64,000 nucleotides of DNA from an uncultured Planctomycetia bacterium (GTDB lineage Bacteria; Omnitrophota; Gorgyraeia; Duberdicusellales; Duberdicusellaceae). The stretch is from the NCBI GenBank assembly GCA_964634935.1, contig CAZWJT010000005.1, forward strand, positions 7,128 through 71,127. The letters run 5' to 3'. A program made the translations under genes and the position numbers. How positions within the stretch are numbered: the stretch's first letter is position 1; each line of letters begins with the position of its first letter. This document shows, one piece after another, positions 56,829 through 64,000 of the stretch. Below the pieces are notes generated by a model. It was given only the letters and a program-made list of their open reading frames with translations, made no database searches and was not told where the DNA came from.

Positions 56829-58340
56829 TTATCGCTCTGACTCTGAGAAAACATCGGCGCTAAAAACAAAAAGTTCTGTACCTTTTTCTTTCCAGCAGTC
56901 ACTCGATAAGCCAGCCTTTTCTGAACAAAGATAAGAAAGAAATTCCTCTTTATTCCAGCCGGTTTCAAGAGCAACCTGTGGCAAAAATACACCTTGCCGA
57001 AAACCACGCCGCACCAAAACACCATGGGTCCCAAGAATAATCTCCGAAGAATCATTCACTCTGCGCAACGGCGAAAGAACAGAAATTTCGATTGTAATAT
57101 TGCCGAGTTCATTATGGGCAACCGGAGAGAACCGAGGATCTCCAGTTGCGGCTTCAATTGCCATACTCCGTATCGTTTGATAAAGCGGTGTATTCGCCGA
57201 AAGATTCCCAATACATCCCCGAAGCGCTCCCTGTTTACGTAACGTTACAAACGCTCCTCTTTTTTCCAACAGAACTGCGCTTTTTGGTTCAAAATCAGGC
57301 ACTCTTTTTTGTGATAAAAATACTTCGAGCGTACTGCGGGCTTCCGCAAGAAGAAAATCCTTATCCTGCATCGAAAGATCGGATGTATCTTTCTTCTGAG
57401 AAGAAATTTCAGAGATATTCTTCGCTTCTGGTTTATTCTCCGGAATAAGAAGCGCGGCACTCACATAACCGACCACTTCGTCTTTTTGGCCTGAAGTATC
57501 CCCGGAATTAGCATACTTTAATATGGCAATCTGGGCACCGTCAAATTTCTTTGCCAAAAGCAGTGCAGTCACCACCGGCATAAACCCACAGCACAATTGC
57601 TCTCCCCGGAGAATTTCATCAAATAGCTCCTTTGCTTTAAGCTGCTCAATATACTGCACAGTTTTTCTATCAAGGGAAACAGCAGTATTATAGGAATGAA
57701 AATGGGATAAATCAGTGCTAAAAATAACAGCGACATCTTCACGCAAAGTAAGGATTTTTGAGAGTGCCTCAGCGAGAATTTCACAATCCTGGTAATTCTG
57801 GCTACCGAACACAATTGGAACAAAAGAAACGGATGGCAAAGCTTTCTTAAGAAAAGGGAGCTGCAATTCCAGAGAATTCTCCTGTTGAAAAGCATCCGGA
57901 AGCACTGCGCACCTTTTTGAAAAGCTTAAAATCTGCTGAGCAAGGCTCGTGTCAACAACCAAATCTCCAAGTGGAGTCTCAAACACCCCGGGGGTGTAAA
58001 GAGCCATTCCCGGAAAATTCTTTCGGTGCGTGAAACCTACAACAACTGCTGTTTTGATTTTTTTGCCTGAAAGCGCCTTAAAACCGTAAGCGGCAACCGG
58101 ACCGGAGAATTGAATCCCCGCATGAGGTGAAATAATTCCCAGAATCCTTCCTGCCGGCAGGGAAACTTCTGCTTCCGAAAAATACCGGTCAAGAAGCTGA
58201 AGTAACTTTCCCTTTTCCCGAGGATACCATGTCCCGGATAAATCGGCATTCTTGCGCTCAGGCACTTGACTGAACACGCTGGAACAGAAACAAGAACAGA
58301 ATGTCAAAATCTCAGCGATCATGAGAATACTCCTTGCCAT
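56829..58340 (-). CDS. Fusion of Memo-like protein (AmmeMemoRadiSam system protein B) and AMMECR1 domain (system protein A), with a hydrophobic N-terminal extension
   Basis: The Memo core is GTWYP...GIISPHAGIQFSG. The C-terminal third has GAFVTLRKQGALRGCIGNLSANTPL, the AMMECR1 RGCIG hallmark. The first ~27 residues form a signal-peptide-like hydrophobic stretch; the true start may be an internal GTG. Confidence 0.8.
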   Translation of the reverse strand: MARSILMIAEILTFCSCFCSSVFSQVPERKNADLSGTWYPREKGKLLQLLDRYFSEAEVSLPAGRILGIISPHAGIQFSGPVAAYGFKALSGKKIKTAVVVGFTHRKNFPGMALYTPGVFETPLGDLVVDTSLAQQILSFSKRCAVLPDAFQQENSLELQLPFLKKALPSVSFVPIVFGSQNYQDCEILAEALSKILTLREDVAVIFSTDLSHFHSYNTAVSLDRKTVQYIEQLKAKELFDEILRGEQLCCGFMPVVTALLLAKKFDGAQIAILKYANSGDTSGQKDEVVGYVSAALLIPENKPEAKNISEISSQKKDTSDLSMQDKDFLLAEARSTLEVFLSQKRVPDFEPKSAVLLEKRGAFVTLRKQGALRGCIGNLSANTPLYQTIRSMAIEAATGDPRFSPVAHNELGNITIEISVLSPLRRVNDSSEIILGTHGVLVRRGFRQGVFLPQVALETGWNKEEFLSYLCSEKAGLSSDCWKEKGTELFVFSADVFSESER

Positions 58341-58373
58341 GTCCCATCGGCCTTTCCCTTAGAGCATAATATA

Positions 58374-58446
58374 TGGAGCTGAGCGGACTTGAACCGCCGA
58401 CTTCCTCGTTGCGAACGAGGCGCTCTCCCAGCTGAGCTACAGCCCC
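58374..58446 (-). tRNA. tRNA-Ala (anticodon CGC)
   Basis: The minus-strand sequence is GGGGCUGUAGCUCAGCUGGGAGAGCGCCUCGUUCGCAACGAGGAAGUCGGCGGUUCAAGUCCGCUCAGCUCCA. It folds as a cloverleaf with a G3:U70 wobble (the Ala identity element), anticodon loop UUCGCAA, and T-loop GGUUCAAGU. No CCA is encoded. Confidence 0.85.
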
Positions 58447-58462
58447 GCTATCTTTTGAGCAG

Positions 58463-59446
58463 TCAAAGGCAACATACCCGGTTCCTACCCTCTTTTTTGG
58501 CCTTATACAAAGCTTTATCCGCAAGTTCAATTAACGCCGCAGAATCTCCGGTATTTCCCGGAAAACCGGCAACCCCAATACTCAGAGTAAGATGAATATG
58601 CTCATCATACGCGGTAATCTCCTCTTTTGCAACTTTTTCCCGCAGACGCTCAGCAACTCGGCAAGAGATTTCTGTGGTTGCTTCAGGCAGAATAACCGCA
58701 AATTCTTCCCCGCCAAAACGCCCGATAAAATCAATCTCTCTGATATTATCTTTCAGAATCCGGGCAATCTTCTTCAAAACCACATCTCCAACCATATGGC
58801 CATACGTATCGTTGCAATACTTAAAGTGGTCAATATCGACCATCATAAACGAAAGCGAGAGTCCAAGACGGGTCGCCCGGCTAAACTCTTCTCCAAATCG
58901 CTCCATCAGATGCCTGCGGTTTGCTATCTTGGTAAGAGTATCCGTGATCGATAATCTCTGCATCTTCTCATAAAGCTTGGCGCGCTCAAGAAAAAGATTC
59001 AACTGAGATAACAAATAAGGGACTTGGCTGACAATGCGGCGGTCATCCGACGATATTCCGAGAAAAAAACCAAGATCGTTCGCTGCTTTGTAGTGGTAAA
59101 CGAAATATTTCTTTTCATCGAGCGGATGGGGTGAAACAACAACTTCTTGAATATTCTCAATACGAAGTAATGCATCCTGAAAAGCCCGAAGCAGTTCTTC
59201 AAAATTCAACGCTTCGGATATTTCCCGATTCACCTCATAGAGCTTTAAAACATTATGCGCACGCTCTTCTTCTCGGGTATATTTCTTGGAAATATCCTCA
59301 CAGCGGTTCCGGATATTTTCAAGGTAGACCCGCGCTGCTTCATATTCACGGAATATGCGCTTTGAGTACCGCTGGAGAAAGAAAAAAAACACCCCAACAA
59401 TCAACACGAGAAAGCCGATGTACCCAGTAAAAGTAAAAATGCTCAT
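58463..59446 (-). CDS. Membrane-anchored GGDEF diguanylate cyclase
   Basis: An N-terminal TM helix is followed by a sensor-like region and a GGDEF domain with RFGGEEFAVIL (intact GG[DE]EF). Confidence 0.85.
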   Translation of the reverse strand: MSIFTFTGYIGFLVLIVGVFFFFLQRYSKRIFREYEAARVYLENIRNRCEDISKKYTREEERAHNVLKLYEVNREISEALNFEELLRAFQDALLRIENIQEVVVSPHPLDEKKYFVYHYKAANDLGFFLGISSDDRRIVSQVPYLLSQLNLFLERAKLYEKMQRLSITDTLTKIANRRHLMERFGEEFSRATRLGLSLSFMMVDIDHFKYCNDTYGHMVGDVVLKKIARILKDNIREIDFIGRFGGEEFAVILPEATTEISCRVAERLREKVAKEEITAYDEHIHLTLSIGVAGFPGNTGDSAALIELADKALYKAKKEGRNRVCCL

Positions 59447-59465
59447 ACCCTTTTCAAGGTTCTCT

Positions 59466-60680
59466 TCATCCCATACAACATACTCGATTCTTGCCTTGCT
59501 TCTTTGCTTTATACATCCGGCTGTCAGCGATACGGACTAATTCTTCAAAAAACTTGCTTTCTGCGGGAAAACTGGATATGCCAATAGATACTGTGGCCAA
59601 AATCTTTGTACGTCTTAATTCTATAGAAGCCTTCTGTATTTCCGAACGAACTCTTTCAGCAACCTTGTACGCCTGTTCAAGATTCTCAGCAAGAAGCAAA
59701 ACAATGAATTCTTCCCCGCCAAAACGCGAGATAATGTTCCCGGAATTCCCGATAACCTGTGTTAAGATATCTGCGATTTTCTTCAAAATCATATCCCCGG
59801 CGATATGCCCATACTGGTCATTGAGCTTCTTAAAATCATCGATATCAACCATAAACAAAAAGAAGGATGTAGAGTTGATCAAGCTGCGCTTGATTTCTTG
59901 TTTCAAGCGATCCATAAAAAAACCTTTTAGGTATAAACCGGTTATTCCATCATGGATAGCCATTTCTTGGGTACGGCGAAAAATAAATGACTTATCGAGC
60001 GCAACCGCCCCAATATCAGCGATGATTGAAAGCGCACGTAAATCTTCGATACGAAAAGCATTCTTTTCTCTGGACTCCGCCCGTAACGTACCGAGTATTC
60101 TCTTCCCCAGCGCGAGTGGAGCTTCAATCAACGAATTCACCACCCTGCTCTTTAAGCCCTCAATCTTCTCAAGGTCAAACCGGAAATCCTTGGCTAAATC
60201 CTCAATAAAAAGACCGCGGTTATGCTTCAAAACCCAGTAGTCAAAAATATCGCCTTCTTTCTCTTGAATAATGTAATTTCGATCTTCTTTTGCCACGGAA
60301 GTAAGCTTGAGCACTTTCGATTCATCTTCAACGAGAAAAAGTAAAGTACGGTCATTTTGATGAAAAACTTCTTTTACCTTGTGAGTGAGATACTCGCAGA
60401 TCTGCTGGGGCATTTCAAAACTCGCGATGTCTTCGATCACCACGCGGAATGTATTTAATTTTTGCATACGGAGCGGCATACTCTTCAAATACTCCTCTTT
60501 CTCTTTAATCTGCTCCTGATAAATATTGCTCTCCTCTTGCATCTGTTCGGCAGCAAGCAAATGCCGTTTTATCGCGCTTTGTTTCTTGGTATAGAAAAAG
60601 AAAAGGACAAAACCTGTTATGCCATACAGGCAAGAGAAAAAAAGAGGAAATGAAAGGTTGTAGGGAAGCGTAATTACCAT
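59466..60680 (-). CDS. Membrane-anchored GGDEF diguanylate cyclase (second, tandem)
   Basis: An N-terminal TM helix and a coiled-coil/GAF-like region are followed by GGDEF with SRFGGEEFIVLL. Confidence 0.85.
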   Translation of the reverse strand: MVITLPYNLSFPLFFSCLYGITGFVLFFFYTKKQSAIKRHLLAAEQMQEESNIYQEQIKEKEEYLKSMPLRMQKLNTFRVVIEDIASFEMPQQICEYLTHKVKEVFHQNDRTLLFLVEDESKVLKLTSVAKEDRNYIIQEKEGDIFDYWVLKHNRGLFIEDLAKDFRFDLEKIEGLKSRVVNSLIEAPLALGKRILGTLRAESREKNAFRIEDLRALSIIADIGAVALDKSFIFRRTQEMAIHDGITGLYLKGFFMDRLKQEIKRSLINSTSFFLFMVDIDDFKKLNDQYGHIAGDMILKKIADILTQVIGNSGNIISRFGGEEFIVLLLAENLEQAYKVAERVRSEIQKASIELRRTKILATVSIGISSFPAESKFFEELVRIADSRMYKAKKQGKNRVCCMG

Positions 60681-60701
60681 ACGTTTTCCAGGCAGGAACA
60701 G

Positions 60702-61805
60702 CTATATAATAGTCTCTTCTGTGTCTTTATCAAAAAAATGGATCTTGCGCATATCGAATACGACTTCGATAATATCACCCATGGCTGGACGATCATGCGC
60801 ATCAACAATAGCAACAAAGGTGTGCTTTTGAGTAACAAGATGGACGTGATTTTCCGACCCCATTGGCTCTATAACATCACAGCGAACCCGAACGGTATTC
60901 TCTGGAGTTGCGGCAGAAGCGAATAAACGGTCGTAAATATTTTCTGGCCGGATGCCAAAAATTACCTCTTTCCCGATATAGCTCTTTAAGGCTCCATTCA
61001 TCGATTCAGTAATCTTGACATCAAATTCTCCTTCAACAAAATAAAGTCTTCCTTCTTTCTTGATAATCTTCCCAGACATAAAGTTCATCGGCGGAGAACC
61101 AATAAAACCAGCGACAAACTTATTGGCTGGTTTATCATACACAGCAAGCGGTTCATCAAACTGCTGAATTTTTCCATCCTTCATGACTGCGATACGCGTG
61201 CCTAAAGTCATAGCCTCAATCTGGTCATGAGTTACATAAATCATCGTTGATTGAAGACGGATATGGAGCTTATGGAGCTCGGTCCTCATTAATGTCCGCA
61301 TCTTCGCGTCTAAGTTGCTCAATGGTTCATCGAAAAGAAAAACCAATGGTTTACGGACAATTGCTCTTCCTACCGCGACCCGCTGCCTTTCTCCACCGGA
61401 AAGCTCACGGGGCTTGCGATTAATCAGATGTTTAATGTTTAAAATTTCAGCCGCCGCCTTCACTCGGGTATCTATTTCCGATTTCGGATATTTGCGCAAT
61501 TTCAAGGCAAACGCCATATTCTCATAGACACTCATATGGGGGTATAACGCATAATTTTGGAACACCATGGCAATGTCACGATCTTTGGCGGGAATGTTAT
61601 TGACAAGCTTGTCAGAAATATAAATCGATCCGGAAGTTACATCTTCAAGGCCGGCAATCATCCGAAGAGTTGTCGATTTTCCGCAGCCGGAAGGACCGAC
61701 AAAAACGACAAATTCTTTATTTTCAATCCCTAAGCTAACATCTTTAACCGCAGCAATTTCCTTGCTAAACGCCTTGCTGACATTCACTAAACTTACCTGA
61801 GCCAT
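60702..61805 (-). CDS. ABC transporter ATP-binding protein, sugar-import type (MalK/UgpC family, with C-terminal TOBE-like domain)
   Basis: GPSGCGKST, LSGGERQRVAVGRA and FLFDEPLSNLDA are present. The C-terminal ~130 aa form a regulatory/TOBE-like domain. Confidence 0.85.
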   Translation of the reverse strand: MAQVSLVNVSKAFSKEIAAVKDVSLGIENKEFVVFVGPSGCGKSTTLRMIAGLEDVTSGSIYISDKLVNNIPAKDRDIAMVFQNYALYPHMSVYENMAFALKLRKYPKSEIDTRVKAAAEILNIKHLINRKPRELSGGERQRVAVGRAIVRKPLVFLFDEPLSNLDAKMRTLMRTELHKLHIRLQSTMIYVTHDQIEAMTLGTRIAVMKDGKIQQFDEPLAVYDKPANKFVAGFIGSPPMNFMSGKIIKKEGRLYFVEGEFDVKITESMNGALKSYIGKEVIFGIRPENIYDRLFASAATPENTVRVRCDVIEPMGSENHVHLVTQKHTFVAIVDAHDRPAMGDIIEVVFDMRKIHFFDKDTEETII

Positions 61806-61959
61806 CGCTTCAAAATTATCCTTTTCGGTTAGCTTTCGTATGGTTATGGCAATGACAACGTAGCACTATTATATAAGGAGAAAAAACACTGTCAATATAA
61901 TTTCAGGGGGGTATAAACTTCCATCAATTCACTGTTTCTTTCCCAAAACCAAAGATGAA

Positions 61960-63501
61960 TCAAGAAAATGATCGTCCAAATTCCTCCTGCAAAAGGTGCT
62001 TTGCGATCTTGCCCGCTGGCGTCTTCGGCAGTGACTGGCGAATTTCAATACGCGCTGGAACCTTATACGCAGCAAGGTTATTCCTTAAAAAATGCAGCAG
62101 TTCCTTGGAGGAAATTTTTGTGTTTTTCTTTTCAACCACAAAGGCAATGGGTATTTCTCCCTTATGGGGATGCGTTATACCAACAACCGCCGCTTCGGCA
62201 ATTGAAGGATAGAGATAGAGTAAATCTTCTATCTCCCGGGGATACACGTTAAATCCGCGCACGTTGATCATTTCTTTTTTTCTGCCGACGATATAAAGGT
62301 ATCCTTCCGCATCTTGATATGCCATGTCACCGGTATAGAGCCATCCGTTTTTTAGGGCTTGGTCTGTCTCCAAAGAAAGATTGAGATAGCCTTTCATAAC
62401 ATTCGGTCCCTGCACTAAAAGTTCACCTATTTGTTCAGTTCCCTGAGGATTGTCGATGGCGACTTTTACGGAATTTAAAGCTACACCTATCGATCCGGGT
62501 TTACGCTTTCCAAAAAGAGGATTTAAGGAAACCACCGGCGCTGCCTCAGTAAGGCCATATCCCTCGAGCAAGGGAATCTTAAATTTTTTCTCAAATGCCC
62601 GGAGAGTTTCTTTTCCCAGGGCAGCAGCCCCGGAGATACAAAAACGCACGGGATTCATTCTGCTGAAAAACGGAAACTGCAAGAACCAAGGAATCTTGAT
62701 ATCTTTCAGAACCTGGAAAAGTGAAGGCACCCCGACAAAGATAGTAACTCGTTTCCGGATAATTGTCCGAATAACCCGTTTAAAGGGCTTCAAAGACCGC
62801 ATGATTACGGTTTGTGCGCCGATAAATAAAGGGATAAGAAAACAAACGGTGAAAGCGAAAGAATGAAATAAAGGAAGAATGCAGATGAATTTCTCACGAT
62901 GATCTACCCGTATCGCCGCGATGCAATCTTGCACATTAGTAATAAAGTTTTTATGGGTAAGACACGCTCCTTTTGGCTTCCCCGTTGTCCCTGAGGTATA
63001 AAGAATTGCCGCAATTTCATCGGGATGCGCCTGGTATGCAGATTCCAAAGAACTTCTTTTCCGGATCAGCGAATAAAAATCAACGGCTTCTATCTTCTGA
63101 GCAGGATAGGGAAAAGAAATCACATGCCGCAAGCCTTTCAGCAATCCAGCAAGCTGTAGGCTCTCGTCCGTCTTATCGATGGAAGTGATTACCGCCTGCG
63201 CTTGTGAATCTTCGAGAATATACCGCACCTCTTGCGCCTTGAGCATTGTGTTTAGGGGCACCACACAGCAGCCGATTTTTAGTATGGCAAAATAAGCAAT
63301 GGCAAATTCCGGACAGTTGTAAAGCCACAGCCCAACCCTGTCCCCCTTGCCCAGCCCAAGACCGGCAAGGCCAGAAGCAAGATACGAAGAAATTTGGTCA
63401 AGCTGTTGAAAAGTGAGTCGTTTTTTCCCATAGATAATGAACGGTTTCCGAGGAAAACGATCGGCGCTTTTTTGGAGGGCCTGGATGAGATTCTGATACA
63501 T
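61960..63501 (-). CDS. Long-chain fatty acid--CoA ligase (AMP-binding enzyme family)
   Basis: YTSGTTGKPKG (AMP-binding motif I), GYGLTE and the C-terminal motifs are present. 513 aa. Confidence 0.85.
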   Translation of the reverse strand: MYQNLIQALQKSADRFPRKPFIIYGKKRLTFQQLDQISSYLASGLAGLGLGKGDRVGLWLYNCPEFAIAYFAILKIGCCVVPLNTMLKAQEVRYILEDSQAQAVITSIDKTDESLQLAGLLKGLRHVISFPYPAQKIEAVDFYSLIRKRSSLESAYQAHPDEIAAILYTSGTTGKPKGACLTHKNFITNVQDCIAAIRVDHREKFICILPLFHSFAFTVCFLIPLFIGAQTVIMRSLKPFKRVIRTIIRKRVTIFVGVPSLFQVLKDIKIPWFLQFPFFSRMNPVRFCISGAAALGKETLRAFEKKFKIPLLEGYGLTEAAPVVSLNPLFGKRKPGSIGVALNSVKVAIDNPQGTEQIGELLVQGPNVMKGYLNLSLETDQALKNGWLYTGDMAYQDAEGYLYIVGRKKEMINVRGFNVYPREIEDLLYLYPSIAEAAVVGITHPHKGEIPIAFVVEKKNTKISSKELLHFLRNNLAAYKVPARIEIRQSLPKTPAGKIAKHLLQEEFGRSFS

Positions 63502-63525
63502 ATGCTTTATTTTGTGCTTTGAGCT

Positions 63526-64000
63526 TCAGCGTTTCTGAGAAGAGCACAGCACGCCTCTCCGGACAAAGTTACTCAGCTTCCCGACGGTGTCAACCTCGAT
63601 ATCAACCCTATCTCCAATCTCAAGCTTTCCGATACCCGGAGGGGTCCCGGTTGAAATAATGTCTCCAGGAAAAAGCGTCATGCTTTTGGAAATAAAACTC
63701 ACCAGATATTCTATAGGAAAAATAAAATTATCCGTTGTGGAATTTTGCCGAATAACGCCATTGACATAGGAACGTACTCCTGCGCTGCGCACTTGGGCAT
63801 GGGTTACAATCATTGGGCCAACCGGCGCAAAAGTATCAAATGATTTTGCCCGAGACCACTGAATCTCTTTCTTCTGGATATCCCTTGCGGTTACATCGTT
63901 AAAACAACAGTACCCCAAAACATAGTCTTTGACCTGCCGGGGAGAAATATTCTTCCCCTCCTTCTTTATAACTAAAGCGAGCTCCGCTTCGTAATCGACT
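63526..64000 (-). CDS. Fumarylacetoacetate hydrolase (FAH) family protein; the 5' end runs past the window edge
   Basis: The in-window part reads ...ELALVIKKEGKNISPRQVKDYV(L)GYCCFNDVTARD...GTPPGIG..., typical of FAH-family hydratases/isomerases. The reading frame stays open from 63918 to 64000 with no stop. The ORF-track start at 63918 is a TTG inside the domain. Confidence 0.75.
   Translation of the reverse strand, partial: VDYEAELALVIKKEGKNISPRQVKDYVLGYCCFNDVTARDIQKKEIQWSRAKSFDTFAPVGPMIVTHAQVRSAGVRSYVNGVIRQNSTTDNFIFPIEYLVSFISKSMTLFPGDIISTGTPPGIGKLEIGDRVDIEVDTVGKLSNFVRRGVLCSSQKR

Noticed and set aside
58312-58530. 72-aa minus ORF
   Set aside because: It overlaps the tRNA-Ala gene; the GGSSPLSS portion is the translated tRNA sequence.
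59491-60240. 249-aa plus-strand ORF
   Set aside because: It is antisense to the second GGDEF gene, Ser/Ile-rich, and has no motifs. This is typical of antisense ORFs in AT-moderate genes. The same reasoning applies to 20597..21091, 22357..22875, 42233..42670 and 42885-adjacent minus ORF 42902..43318.

Overview
This is a 64 kb bacterial chromosomal window of moderate GC content, probably from an anaerobic diderm (Gram-negative-type) lineage. About 60 of 62 coding genes lie on the minus strand. All protein calls are from reading the supplied translations against remembered family motifs; no database search was run.

Gene content in order along the window:
- A partial ftsH 5' end at the window start.
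- An LPS/surface-glycan cluster: GT9 heptosyltransferase, a DUF4254-like protein, ManC, a GT2 transferase, a SAM methyltransferase, an NAD-dependent epimerase with a Cys4 insertion, and a PagL-like outer-membrane deacylase.
- A five-gene opp/dpp-type ABC peptide importer.
- A secG-tpiA-pgk-gap glycolytic operon.
- Two tandem GalT-like HIT transferases.
- hisD-hisB-hisH-hisA.
- alaS, recX, htrA, recA.
- A C1/thymidylate block: dCMP deaminase, glyA, a small acetogen-type metF with an adjacent flavoprotein, folD, and a formimidoyl-THF cyclodeaminase.
- A TsaC-LMW phosphatase fusion, rpiB, purE, xseAB.
- A cobalamin riboswitch with its terminator directly upstream of a BtuB-like TonB-dependent receptor.
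- A thyX-through-AmmeMemoRadiSam block (thyX, phoH-pgpH-ybeY, LysM lipoprotein, radical SAM).
- The only two plus-strand genes (42885..44581): a membrane-anchored protein with a basic N-terminal tail, translationally coupled to a ParA/MinD-type ATPase that carries a C-terminal AMPK-beta-type glycogen-binding domain (CBM48).
- A cNMP-binding / pseudo-ParA / patatin phospholipase in an operon with a GH1 beta-glucosidase, a DUF336 protein, a zinc-ribbon protein and a LOG-family protein.
- Two prepilin-type pseudopilins followed by a 1032-aa secreted protein.
- nadX, panC, a ROK glucokinase, a Memo-AMMECR1 fusion, tRNA-Ala(CGC), two tandem GGDEF diguanylate cyclases, a UgpC/MalK-type ABC ATPase, an acyl-CoA ligase, and a partial FAH-family gene at the window end.

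The most novel candidate is the two-gene module at 42885..44581: a ParA/MinD-type ATPase fused to a glycogen-binding domain plus a membrane partner with a basic tail. This looks like an undescribed ParA-type positioning system for a carbohydrate granule.
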